DNA of 64,000 nucleotides, taken from contig JBDRYB010000008.1 in the NCBI GenBank assembly GCA_039803205.1, positions 8,506-72,505 of the forward strand, in the 5' to 3' direction. Every line of letters starts with the position of its first letter. The first letter of the stretch is position 1. Both the position numbers and the translations under genes were made by a program. The notes below the pieces were generated by a model. It did no database searches and was not told the DNA's origin. It was given only the letters and a program-made list of their open reading frames with translations. Below, one piece after another: positions 19,279 to 28,649 of this stretch. The DNA comes from a candidate division WOR-3 bacterium (GTDB lineage Bacteria > Hydrothermota > Hydrothermia > JBDRYB01).

Positions 19279-20642
19279 CGCTTGAACCGCCTCCTTACAG
19301 CGAGAAGGAATAGGGTGATTATAACCAAACCCAGAACACCCTCGGCGAACATGAGCGCGGCCTTCCAGGGATTCTCCGGCACGCCCAAGATCATATAGAA
19401 ACCCGGTATGAGTGATTTGAGGCTAAAGATAAACGGGTTGGCCGCAAATGTCTCGCCCCTGTCTCTGACCGTCAACCCACCTATCCAATAGAGGATGCCA
19501 CAAACAAGATAAAGCCCCATAAGCCACACGAAAGCCTTGCGATAACTTTCTCCGCAACTGCTTATTCTGTGATACCAGCTCTGCAGACTGAACACCTCAT
19601 AGCGAACCCAGCGCCAGAAATGCCCGTGCCAGACGCCATAAACCCAAAGGAGCCCAATATAAGAGCAAAAATTCTTCCAGAAATCCTTTATCAACCAGTA
19701 ATTCGGGTAAATTTCCAGTTCCCTTTTCAATTCCATTTCCCTGATGTAAAAATGCCTTGCCTCCGGGAAAAGCCCATTATCCTCATAGTTCAAGCGAAGG
19801 CCCCGATAGGCCGACAGAGCCAGCTCCAAACCGGCCTTGTTCAACCTGCCGCTGTCCGAGTAATCACCCTGTGTCTTCAAATAATCTTCCGTGTATATCC
19901 TGCCATCCCTCAGGAAATTCATGCCCACGAAGCCTATTCCTCTCAGAGTGTTCACGGATATGTTCACGAAAGCGAGGTGCTGTGCGTTCTCATCAAATAG
20001 TCTGAAATTGACCTTTTCGGGCTCGGCCATAAAAGCGGAATCAAGGATCAGGTGACCTTCGTTAAGGTCGCACCTCTCAAATACAGCACTTGCCAGGAAA
20101 TCTGTCTGTTTGAAAATACATTCGCCTTTTATTATTGTTTCACGGAATAAAAGGGGTCCTGAGAATGTGGTCCGCAAGAAACGCGCCTCCCCTGAGAATG
20201 TGGCCTCCGAGAAATGCGCCTCCCCTGAGAATCTGGCCTCCGAGAAATACGCCTTCCCTGAGAATTTGGTCCCCGAGAAATGCGCCCTCCCTGAGAATGT
20301 GGCCTCCGAGAAATACGCCCTCCCTGAGAATGTGGCCCTCAAGAAATTCGCCTCCCCTGAGAATGTGGCCTCCGAGAAATGCGCCGGCTTGACAAATTCT
20401 ATTTCGTGAAAATCCATGTCTGGAAACACAAACCCCTTAAAATTGTAATACTCGTTGCCCTTATTGTCTTTCCGAATGAATTTATTCAGGGCTACTGCTG
20501 GCCTTTCTTGCGGCTTTCCGTCCCAGAACGCTCTCCAGAACTCCTCCTTCTTGTCCTCCCGTCGCGAGTGATAAATGCAAAGCCCGTCCGGATCCTTGTC
20601 CCAGGCGTCAAATTCACAGCCCTTGTATATGCATCTGGCCAC
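19275..20642 (-). CDS. Pentapeptide-repeat protein with C-terminal membrane helices
   Basis: N-terminal C...CIYH, repeats A.F...TFSG, YRGLRLNYE...FYIREME, TM helices ending LAVRRRFKR. Confidence 0.85.
   Translation of the reverse strand: MARCIYKGCEFDAWDKDPDGLCIYHSRREDKKEEFWRAFWDGKPQERPAVALNKFIRKDNKGNEYYNFKGFVFPDMDFHEIEFVKPAHFSEATFSGEANFLRATFSGRAYFSEATFSGRAHFSGTKFSGKAYFSEARFSGEAHFSEATFSGEARFLRTTFSGPLLFRETIIKGECIFKQTDFLASAVFERCDLNEGHLILDSAFMAEPEKVNFRLFDENAQHLAFVNISVNTLRGIGFVGMNFLRDGRIYTEDYLKTQGDYSDSGRLNKAGLELALSAYRGLRLNYEDNGLFPEARHFYIREMELKRELEIYPNYWLIKDFWKNFCSYIGLLWVYGVWHGHFWRWVRYEVFSLQSWYHRISSCGESYRKAFVWLMGLYLVCGILYWIGGLTVRDRGETFAANPFIFSLKSLIPGFYMILGVPENPWKAALMFAEGVLGLVIITLFLLAVRRRFKR
20158..20388. 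repeat. Seven tandem 33-nt coding repeats
   Basis: CCTGAGAAT recurs at 20158, 20191, 20224, 20257, 20290, 20323, 20356; encodes 11-aa units. Confidence 0.92.
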
Positions 20643-20801
20643 GCCAAATTATGAACCGAGCGCCAGGGTGGGGGCAACACGGATACCCGAACCCGAAACG
20701 GGGGTTATAGGGGCCAGCCCTAAGTGTGGGAGGTGCTCATAATATGACCAGAGCCCCCAAAACTTGAATCTCTTCGTCCAAAGCCTCTATGCTCTGACCC
20801 T

Positions 20802-22706
20802 ATGAGAACGCGAATATCCCTCGTCCTCACGGTGCTCCCCTCTGTGGCTCTAGCCTATACCAAGGATTCGGTAATGGTTCCCATGAGGGATGGCACGAGA
20901 TTGAACACCAATATCTATAAGCCCACTGACACGAACGATTTCCCTCTACCGGTCATACTGATTAGGACGCCTTACGGCGCGGATGGCATTGACAACGACC
21001 CCTGGGGCATATTCTACATCACAGATGTGAAGAGATACATTCTGGTCGTCCAGGACACGAGGGGGAGGTTTGAATCAGAGGGCAGGGACTCTGTATTCCT
21101 TGATGATGGCTGGCGGGACGGGAAGCAGGATGGCTATGACTGCATTGAATGGATAGCGGGCCAGACATGGTGCAACGGAAAGATCGGCACATACGGCGGT
21201 TCCGCCTTAGGGATAACCCAATACATGGCCTCTGGCGCTGTTCCTCCCCACTTCACTTGCGGCCTGCCCGTTATGGCCGCTTGGGACTTCTACAGGCACG
21301 CGGCGGTGATCGGTGGGGAATACAGGCAATACGATTGCGATGGGTGGCTTTCGGGCCAAGGCTCTCTATACATGAGGGATTACTGGTTCTCCCATCCGGA
21401 CAAGGACACTGCCTGGGCGTGGCTTGATGTCTCGTCCAGAAAGGAGCTAGTGGATGTTCCCTTCCTGCACATAGGAGGCTGGTATGACATGTTCTCAGAG
21501 GCCACATGCGAGGCTTTCTGTGACCTTCAGTATTACGGTGCGAACGGAGCGAGGGGAAAGCAGAAGCTAATAATGGGGCCATGGTCCCACGGTTCCTTCG
21601 GGAGCAACCAGGTCGGCGAGATAACATTTCCCCAGAACGCCATCATCAGTCTTGATACAATTGCTTGGCCCTGGTTTGACTACTGGTTGAAGGGCACGGG
21701 AACGATCCAGGGCCCAGCGGTTAGGTATTACCTCATGGGGCCGGTTGACACGGCAGGCTATTGGAACTCTTGGCGGGATTCGGATACCTGGCCCGTCCCG
21801 AGCTATCCAGCCATACTCTATCTGAGAGAAAACGGCAGGCTCTCGCTTGAACCCCCGGGGTCTGAGGCACCAGAGACATACACTTATGACCCAAAGGATC
21901 CCGTTCCCACAGTAGGGGGGACAAACCTCATCCTTCCCCAAGGACCACGGCACCAGCCTGATTCTGTTTGGATGAGGCCGGATGTCCTCCTCTATGAAAC
22001 AGAACCGCTCGTATCTGACGCCATAATAACTGGTAACATCTGGCTCAGGCTATACGCTAGCTCAGACAGGTACGACACGGATTTCACCGGAAAGCTGGTT
22101 GACATTTATCCAGATGGCCGGAGAATGCTCATCGCGGACGGGATACTAATGGCAAGGCACAGGCTCGGATACGATACATCAGCCCTTCTTACCCCGGGCG
22201 AGGTCTATGAGCTCAGGATTGACCTGTGGCCCACAGCATATGTCTTTCCCGCTGGACACAGGATAGGTCTGGCTGTTTCAAGCTCAAACTGGCCCCGTTT
22301 CAGAGCAAACCCGAATGTTCCTGAGCCGCTCGGCCAGGAAACTGATACCCTAATAGCTCACAACACGGTGTATCACGATGCGGCACATCCTTCAGCCCTC
22401 TTACTGCCGGTCGTGAATGGCTGGGGAGTTGGAGAATCCGCTGGTAAAAGCGGGTTCCAGCTAATCCTCTCCCCCAATCCCTTCAGGACAACCTGTGAGG
22501 CCTCCTTCTTCCTGGCAGAGGCCGGAGAGGTTTCCCTTAAGGTCTACGATATTTCGGGAAGGCTCGTGGAATCTCTGCTATCAGGCAAATATCCTGCGGG
22601 CAGGAACACGGTCAGCTTCGGCGAAAACCTGGGGCCGGGCGTATATCACATAGTTCTAACAGGAGGAAGCAAGAGGCTCGCGGAGAGGGTAATAAAGTTC
22701 AGGTGA
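20802..22706 (+). CDS. CocE/NonD family hydrolase with T9SS-like C-terminal domain
   Basis: Signal peptide; MVPMRDGTRL, RTPY, QDTRGRFESEG, GGSALG nucleophile elbow, GGWYD, GPWSH; CTD SPNPF...YDISGRLV...GVY. Confidence 0.92.
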   Translation: MRTRISLVLTVLPSVALAYTKDSVMVPMRDGTRLNTNIYKPTDTNDFPLPVILIRTPYGADGIDNDPWGIFYITDVKRYILVVQDTRGRFESEGRDSVFLDDGWRDGKQDGYDCIEWIAGQTWCNGKIGTYGGSALGITQYMASGAVPPHFTCGLPVMAAWDFYRHAAVIGGEYRQYDCDGWLSGQGSLYMRDYWFSHPDKDTAWAWLDVSSRKELVDVPFLHIGGWYDMFSEATCEAFCDLQYYGANGARGKQKLIMGPWSHGSFGSNQVGEITFPQNAIISLDTIAWPWFDYWLKGTGTIQGPAVRYYLMGPVDTAGYWNSWRDSDTWPVPSYPAILYLRENGRLSLEPPGSEAPETYTYDPKDPVPTVGGTNLILPQGPRHQPDSVWMRPDVLLYETEPLVSDAIITGNIWLRLYASSDRYDTDFTGKLVDIYPDGRRMLIADGILMARHRLGYDTSALLTPGEVYELRIDLWPTAYVFPAGHRIGLAVSSSNWPRFRANPNVPEPLGQETDTLIAHNTVYHDAAHPSALLLPVVNGWGVGESAGKSGFQLILSPNPFRTTCEASFFLAEAGEVSLKVYDISGRLVESLLSGKYPAGRNTVSFGENLGPGVYHIVLTGGSKRLAERVIKFR

Positions 22707-23492
22707 TCACCTGAACCTAAGATACTCCTCTACCCTATTCTGGAAAGATTCTCTTGGAGCAAAGCCTTTAGACTGAGCTTTGGCAGGGGTCCCAGCATAC
22801 AAAAACAGGGTTGGCGATGCGGTGTTTATCAGGTAGAAGTTGCCCCTAATGTCCCCAGTCATGTTGGTCCTGGCACCCGGTTCCGGCATCACTCCCGCGC
22901 ATGGGTCTATGTCAAAGAGGATCTCAGAGTATCCGTAGTTGCCCGAGAAAACAATTGAATCCCTGGGCAATGTGTATGAGGTGTCCTTTGTAAAAAAGTA
23001 AATGTAGCGCTCACCGAGCTTTGTTCCCGAAGGAGTGTATCCGATTATCCCAACCCAGAAGTCATAGAAATCCGCGTCGTTAGCCTTTGTCCAGCTCACG
23101 CTGAGATCGGCCACGGCAACCGTGTCCGAATCAGGATGGGAGACAAATGAAAGGGTGTCCGGCATGTTCAGGGTTCCCTCAGAACCCCCGACATTTGACT
23201 CCACGGCGAGTTGAGCGATGTAGCCGGGGAGGAGTTCAAGCCCTGTCACGAGAACGCCGAGATAGACGGCGCCGTATGTGTTCCGGAACCACTCCCCGGG
23301 TATCTCCCAATCGTTCAGAAATGCCCTGCACTCAGAGGGGTTTGCCAGCGGGTCGGAGTAGATGAATACATCAATCTCATCAAGGTTATCAGAGATGTGG
23401 AATATGTAAGCCAGAACCATACCGGCCTCGGCCGGCTCCGTCTTGTGGCAGGCCGAAAGTCCAAGGATACCGAAAAGGAGGATCCTTCTCAT
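22707..23492 (-). CDS. Hypothetical lipoprotein
   Basis: Lipobox MRRILLFGILGLSA-C. Confidence 0.72.
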   Translation of the reverse strand: MRRILLFGILGLSACHKTEPAEAGMVLAYIFHISDNLDEIDVFIYSDPLANPSECRAFLNDWEIPGEWFRNTYGAVYLGVLVTGLELLPGYIAQLAVESNVGGSEGTLNMPDTLSFVSHPDSDTVAVADLSVSWTKANDADFYDFWVGIIGYTPSGTKLGERYIYFFTKDTSYTLPRDSIVFSGNYGYSEILFDIDPCAGVMPEPGARTNMTGDIRGNFYLINTASPTLFLYAGTPAKAQSKGFAPRESFQNRVEEYLRFR

Positions 23493-23575
23493 AGATAGAA
23501 AATATAAAACCAGCCGAGCCCGCGTTTCAAACTATAAGAGGCAGGATATCGCCGGGTTAGCTTATAATTTCAATC

Positions 23576-24478
23576 GTGATCTGGGTTGTTCTTTTCCTGT
23601 GCCCTGAGGAAAAGGATTCCCTTACCCTCAGGCTAGATAGTCTCTTTTCACGGGCGTCGCGCTGGGAGGTCGGAACAGACGCGGACACGGCTCGTGCCGC
23701 GAGGGATACCCTCATCAAGATGAGGGACACTACCCTTGACTACATCTTCAAATACAAAATAGGAACCAGCGAGAGCCTTGAGCTTCGCGCCCTTGAGGTC
23801 ATACTCAAGGGGCTTGGGCTTGAGGCAAGGCCTCGCCTCCTCGCGGCAATGACCCACGAGAACGACACAATCCGCTCAAACGCCATATACCTCGTTGGCC
23901 AAATAAAGGACACGATGCTCGCTGATACCATAGCGAACCTCCTGAGAAACGAGAGAAAACCAGGGGTAAAAAGAAGGGCTGTATACGCCCTCGGTGAGAT
24001 GGGTCTTCCTCGGAGCGCGGATGTTGTAAAACCTTATCTCTCTGATACATCGGAGCGCATGCGCCTAGCGGCAACCGTTGCCCTCGGAAAGATAAAAGCT
24101 CACCCCGATGCCCTCTGCACCGTGCTCATGGACAAAAGCGTCCTCGTCCGGGAGGCCGCGGAGACCGGGCTTGAAAACTGCGGCAGGGTTGATCCTCTTC
24201 TTGAAAGATTTGGGAAATCCTCTGGGCGTGAGAGAGTAAACTGCCTAAAGGCCATAGGCCTCGTCCTCAGGAAGTCAAAGCCAAAGGATGAGGAGGCCGC
24301 TCGCGCTCGGAGGGCCTTGTTTCCGTTCCTTGACAGCCAATCGCCCACCGAGAGGGCCTGGACTGTTTGGGCCATTTCACCCGTCTCTGACGAGGGAACC
24401 AGAATAAAGCTCAATCTGATGGCTCAGACCGAAACGGATCCCTTCGTCTTATGGTGTATAGAGGAGGCTCTGAGGTGA
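23576..24478 (+). CDS. HEAT-repeat protein
   Basis: Repeats IRSNAIYLVG, VKRRAVYALG, MRLAATVALG, VREAAETGL. Confidence 0.85.
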   Translation: MIWVVLFLCPEEKDSLTLRLDSLFSRASRWEVGTDADTARAARDTLIKMRDTTLDYIFKYKIGTSESLELRALEVILKGLGLEARPRLLAAMTHENDTIRSNAIYLVGQIKDTMLADTIANLLRNERKPGVKRRAVYALGEMGLPRSADVVKPYLSDTSERMRLAATVALGKIKAHPDALCTVLMDKSVLVREAAETGLENCGRVDPLLERFGKSSGRERVNCLKAIGLVLRKSKPKDEEAARARRALFPFLDSQSPTERAWTVWAISPVSDEGTRIKLNLMAQTETDPFVLWCIEEALR

Positions 24479-24630
24479 CAATCTTGGCAATGATCCTTTC
24501 GCCTGGCAATCGCGGTCACGAGGAGGAGAATTGCGAAGGGGACTTCAACTGGAAGCCTGGGGAGAAACCAGACCCTCAGAGAATCACCTTGATAGCTCCC
24601 GCACCGATACCCCTTCCGGAAAAGCCTTGA
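24475..24630 (+). CDS. Small ORF (51 aa), not in the ORF track
   Basis: GAGGAGG SD, GTG start overlapping the HEAT gene stop (GTGA), and TGA stop overlapping the likely murQ start (TTGA); MTILAMILSPGNRGHEEENCEGDF...PIPLPEKP. Confidence 0.5.
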   Translation: MTILAMILSPGNRGHEEENCEGDFNWKPGEKPDPQRITLIAPAPIPLPEKP

Positions 24631-25538
24631 GCCAAGAGCTCTTTGAGGAGATAGCCCGTCTCAGAACGGAGATGGAGAACCCGGTCTCACGCGACCTTGA
24701 CGCAAAACCAATAGAGGATGTCCTCCGGATAATAAACTCCGAGGATGCTCGCGTTGCCCGAGCGGTAGAGAAAGCAATTCCACATATAGCCAGGGTCATC
24801 AAGATATGCTCAGAAAGCCTCAGGCTCGGCGGCAGGGTAATATACATAGGCGCTGGGACATCCGGAAGGCTCGGTATCATTGATGCCGCAGAGACATGGC
24901 CCACATTCTCGGTTCCACCAGGGACATTCGTCGGCCTCATTGCCGGAGGCTCCGAGGCCGTTTTCAGGGCAAAGGAATTCTCCGAGGACAACAGGGATGA
25001 GGCAATAGCCCATCTCAACGAGATCAGCGTTTCGGCCAAAGATACCGTTATTGGCCTTTCGGCCTCCGGGAGGACCCCCTATGTGCTCTCTGGACTGCAA
25101 TACGCCAAAACCAAAGGCTGTCCCACAACTCTCATAACCGCTAATCCGGCCGAAAAGAGGGTGGATTTCCTAGACGAAATTATATGCGTGGACACCGGCC
25201 CTGAGGTCATAGCTGGCTCAACCAGGATGAAGGCCGCCTTGGCTGAGATGATGGTCCTTCACATGATCTCAACAGGCACGATGGTCATGACGGGCCGTGT
25301 CTACGGCAACCTCATGGTTGATGTTCACGCTACGACCGCAAAGACAACCGAGAGGGCAAAACGAATAATCATGCTCTTGACCGGCGTTGGTTACGAGGAG
25401 GCAACCAGGTTGTTGGATGAGGCTGGAGGATCAGCCAAGATCGCTATCCTGATGAAGAAAAGGGGGCTCAGTTTCCAAGAAGCCAAGAGGGCCCTTGATG
25501 ACGCCGGCGGTTTTCTCAGAAAGGCTCTCGGAGAATAA
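24627..25538 (+). CDS. murQ: N-acetylmuramic acid 6-phosphate etherase
   Basis: TEMENP, GAGTSGRLG, DAAETWPTF, SASGRTPYV, GPEVIAGSTRMKA, NLMVDV; start approximate (TTG). Confidence 0.93.
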   Translation: MSQELFEEIARLRTEMENPVSRDLDAKPIEDVLRIINSEDARVARAVEKAIPHIARVIKICSESLRLGGRVIYIGAGTSGRLGIIDAAETWPTFSVPPGTFVGLIAGGSEAVFRAKEFSEDNRDEAIAHLNEISVSAKDTVIGLSASGRTPYVLSGLQYAKTKGCPTTLITANPAEKRVDFLDEIICVDTGPEVIAGSTRMKAALAEMMVLHMISTGTMVMTGRVYGNLMVDVHATTAKTTERAKRIIMLLTGVGYEEATRLLDEAGGSAKIAILMKKRGLSFQEAKRALDDAGGFLRKALGE

Positions 25539-25565
25539 AAAGGGGGTCTTTCGGCCCCCGTTTGT
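25536..25565. terminator. Bidirectional intrinsic terminator between convergent genes
   Basis: AAAAA-GGGGGTC-TTTC-GGCCCCC-GTTTG. Confidence 0.7.
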
Positions 25566-25581
25566 CTATCATGCCTTGCTA

Positions 25582-26127
25582 TTACTTTTTGGCGCAACCT
25601 CCGCAACCCATTAGGCTCGGCTTATACTCTGCCCTGGCATTAAGGCCCTTGACCTGGAAGTCATACATGGGCATTTCCCAGATCAGGGTGTTGCCCTCCT
25701 TTTTGTTCGCGTTGTGGGTGAGTATGTTGCCCGGCAGTTTCACGGTGAGCTTGAATGTGTATCCGCTGAAGGCGCTCTTCATGGTCTCATCCTCCGAGCC
25801 AGAACCCTCGCTCGTCATCTCAAATACCCACTTGTCGCCTTCCTTCCTGACCAGAGGCTTCTGGCCCTCCTTGGCCTGGGTGAAATCGTGGTTCTTCTTC
25901 TCTATTGTGAAATACACCGTGTCTCCCTTCTCCGTGCGCTTGGCCTCAGTTCCTATCTCCTTTGCCAAGGAATCAGCCATGCCGCCGAAAAAGGACTCGT
26001 TATCCTTCAGACCATACAGGATAATGGTCTGAGTGCCCTTGCCGTTCGCGCCGATGTCAGACTTGATCTCCATGCTGAAGCATCCGACGCTTATCGCAAC
26101 AATTCCAAATATCGCTAGCCTCTTCAA
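25582..26127 (-). CDS. Lipoprotein (LppM/DUF3153-like)
   Basis: Lipobox ...AISVG-C; I..NGKG, VKLPGNILTHNA..EGNTLIW. Confidence 0.72.
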   Translation of the reverse strand: MKRLAIFGIVAISVGCFSMEIKSDIGANGKGTQTIILYGLKDNESFFGGMADSLAKEIGTEAKRTEKGDTVYFTIEKKNHDFTQAKEGQKPLVRKEGDKWVFEMTSEGSGSEDETMKSAFSGYTFKLTVKLPGNILTHNANKKEGNTLIWEMPMYDFQVKGLNARAEYKPSLMGCGGCAKK

Positions 26128-26231
26128 GGCAACCTCCTTTGGGTTGTGGCGAAATTATAACGGAGCTGGCAAACGGGGATCAAACAAAAGTAGTTGGAAA
26201 TGGGAAACCAACAACGAATATAATTTTCTCC

Positions 26232-27569
26232 TTGAGGCCCTGGATTGAGAAGCTTCTGCGTGCCCTCGGGGACGAGGTCGTCAAAACGAGCACTGAGGCC
26301 CTTGAATCCCGCTCAAGGGATGAGAGCAAGCTCGGGCCCTTTCTCCCTGAGGCCGTGGTATTGCCTCGGAATTCCTCAGAGGTCTCAATTGCTCTAAAAA
26401 TAGCACGGGAGGAAAGGGTTCCGGTCTATCCAAGGGGCGCTGGGACAGGGCTTACCGGAGGAGCCTTGGCTGTCCAGGGCGGGATGTGCGTGGATCTCAG
26501 CTGTATGGCCCGGATATCCGAAATTGACCCAGAGAACCTCGTCGCGATCGTTGAACCAGGGGTGATAACCGGCGAGCTCCAAAAAGAAGCCGAGGCAATG
26601 GGGTTATTCTATCCGCCCGATCCCGCGAGCCTCGAGACATGCTCAATGGGCGGCAACATCGCCGAGAACGCGGGCGGTCCACGCGCCCTAAAATACGGGC
26701 TTACGGTCCACTATGTCCTCGGCCTTGAAGTGGTCTTGCCAGGGGGCGATATCCTCTGGCTCGGAAGGAGAACGAAAAAGGGCGTCACAGGTTACGAGAT
26801 GGCTTTGGGAGTAGTGGGTTCTGAGGGAACGCTAGGCGTCATAACCAGGGCCGCACTGAGACTCATCCCCAAGCCTCCGGCCGTTATAACCGCCATGGCC
26901 TTCTTCCCGGACGAGCAGGATGCGTGCAAAGCAGTGGGCCAGATGATAAGGGAGGGGATATTGCCCAGGGTCATGGAGCTGGTTGATGGGGAAGGGGTGT
27001 CAGTCATCAGGGAACATGTTGGTTTTGCCCTCCCTGAGGGAACCATGCTCCTTTTGGAAACAGACGGCTCTGAAGAGGGCGCATGGGCCGATATGGAACG
27101 GGCCGCTGAGTTCGCGGAAGGCCACGGCGCGAGAGAGGTCATCGTTGCCCAGGATGATAGACGCGCCCGCGAGCTCTGGTCTGCCCGACGCTCTCTGGCA
27201 GAGGTCCTCCCAGGCTCCGCCGATGACGATGTCTGCGTTCCCAGGAGCGCTATACCGGAGGCTGTCGCCAGGATAAGGGAGGAGACCGGCAAACTGGGCT
27301 CAGAGCTCGTAATCTTTGGCCACGCTGGGGACGGTAACCTTCACTTCAAGATAAGGCAGGATGATCCGGAGAGGTTGAGATTAACCCGCGAGGCCATTTA
27401 CAAGATAGCCTTGGAGCTTGGAGGTTCGTTAACAGGGGAACACGGGGTTGGCCTCCTCAAGAAGGATTACATCTCGTGGGAACTGCCGAGGCCATCGCTT
27501 GAACTGCAGAGAAAGCTCAAGGCAATCTTTGATCCCCTGGGGATAATGAACCCGGGGAAGTTCATGTAA
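26232..27569 (+). CDS. FAD-linked oxidase (GlcD/D-lactate dehydrogenase-like)
   Basis: PRGAGTGLTGG, YPPDPAS, GGNIAENAGG, GHAGDGNLH, TGEHGVG, DPLGIMNPGK; start at TTG 7 nt after TATAAT. Confidence 0.9.
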   Translation: MRPWIEKLLRALGDEVVKTSTEALESRSRDESKLGPFLPEAVVLPRNSSEVSIALKIAREERVPVYPRGAGTGLTGGALAVQGGMCVDLSCMARISEIDPENLVAIVEPGVITGELQKEAEAMGLFYPPDPASLETCSMGGNIAENAGGPRALKYGLTVHYVLGLEVVLPGGDILWLGRRTKKGVTGYEMALGVVGSEGTLGVITRAALRLIPKPPAVITAMAFFPDEQDACKAVGQMIREGILPRVMELVDGEGVSVIREHVGFALPEGTMLLLETDGSEEGAWADMERAAEFAEGHGAREVIVAQDDRRARELWSARRSLAEVLPGSADDDVCVPRSAIPEAVARIREETGKLGSELVIFGHAGDGNLHFKIRQDDPERLRLTREAIYKIALELGGSLTGEHGVGLLKKDYISWELPRPSLELQRKLKAIFDPLGIMNPGKFM

Positions 27570-27651
27570 AGAGAAAACTCCTTGTCTGGTCTGATTATAG
27601 GAGCTAAACGCTTGGGTGCAAGGGTCCATAGCTAACCAATATAATATTCCC

Positions 27652-28614
27652 ATGAACTGGATATGGTTTGTTATCGCTCTCGTTGTCCTCGCGGGCGCGG
27701 GCTGGCTTATCTGGCGTTTCGGAACCAGGGTCGTGGTTACCGAGCGCCAGGGTGAGATAGTTACAATCAGAAAGCTCAAGCTTTCCCCTACCCTCATTAT
27801 AACCATCTCAACGGTTATCGTGCTCCTGGGCATTTTCTCAACGATAAGGGTTGTTCCTGTGGGGCATGTGATGGTTAAGTTCAATGTTGTCTCAAAGAAA
27901 TACGAGGTCTCAGGCGAGGGGGTGGCGTTCCTGCCTCCTTTGGTCTACAACATCTATATCTATGACATTCGGCGTCAGGACTACACCATGAGCTCAGGTA
28001 GCGAGGGCCAGAAAAAGCCTCCCAGGGCTGATGAAACCCTTTGGTCCCCAACAATGGAAGGCCTCTCCGTCGGCATAGACCTCACGGTTTGGTATAGATT
28101 GAACCCCGACCAGATAGTTGACATACACAAACGCATAGGGCCTGACTACGAGGAAAAGATAATCAAGCCAGCGTGCCGCTCCGTGACGAGGCATGTCATA
28201 TCCAAATATAGCATAATGGAGGTCTACTCCGCGCGGCGCAAGGCCATAGAGGACGAGATCTTCGGCACTCTGAAGGGCCTTCTTGAGCGGGATGGGTTCA
28301 TCATTGAAGGGGTCATGCTTCGTGATGTTCACTTTCCGCCTGATTTCTCAAAAGCCATAGAGCAAAAGCAGATAGCCCAACAGGAAGCCGAGCGCATGAG
28401 CTATGTCCTTGAGAAGGAACAGAAAGAGGCCGAGCGCAAGAGGATAGAGGCCGAAGGCACAGCCCAGGCGATCAGGATCGTCTCGGCGGAGCTCAAACGC
28501 AACCCGGAATACATAACCTACATGTATGTTGACAAGCTCTCTGACGATGTCCAGGTCATAATCTCGGATCAGGGAACCATCCTGAACCTCGGGGAGCTGA
28601 AGAGGGGGAAGTGA
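27652..28614 (+). CDS. Prohibitin/SPFH (band 7) family membrane protein
   Basis: Two TM helices, VVPVGHV, EGLSVGIDLTV, FSKAIEQKQIAQQEAER. Confidence 0.9.
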   Translation: MNWIWFVIALVVLAGAGWLIWRFGTRVVVTERQGEIVTIRKLKLSPTLIITISTVIVLLGIFSTIRVVPVGHVMVKFNVVSKKYEVSGEGVAFLPPLVYNIYIYDIRRQDYTMSSGSEGQKKPPRADETLWSPTMEGLSVGIDLTVWYRLNPDQIVDIHKRIGPDYEEKIIKPACRSVTRHVISKYSIMEVYSARRKAIEDEIFGTLKGLLERDGFIIEGVMLRDVHFPPDFSKAIEQKQIAQQEAERMSYVLEKEQKEAERKRIEAEGTAQAIRIVSAELKRNPEYITYMYVDKLSDDVQVIISDQGTILNLGELKRGK

Positions 28615-28649
28615 TCTCAGAGGGGCAACCACAGGGGAGGACTGAAAAA

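Noticed and set aside
20158..20388. 33-nt periodic repeats resembling a CRISPR array
   Set aside because: Units are contiguous with no unique spacers, are in frame within a CDS, and no cas genes are present.
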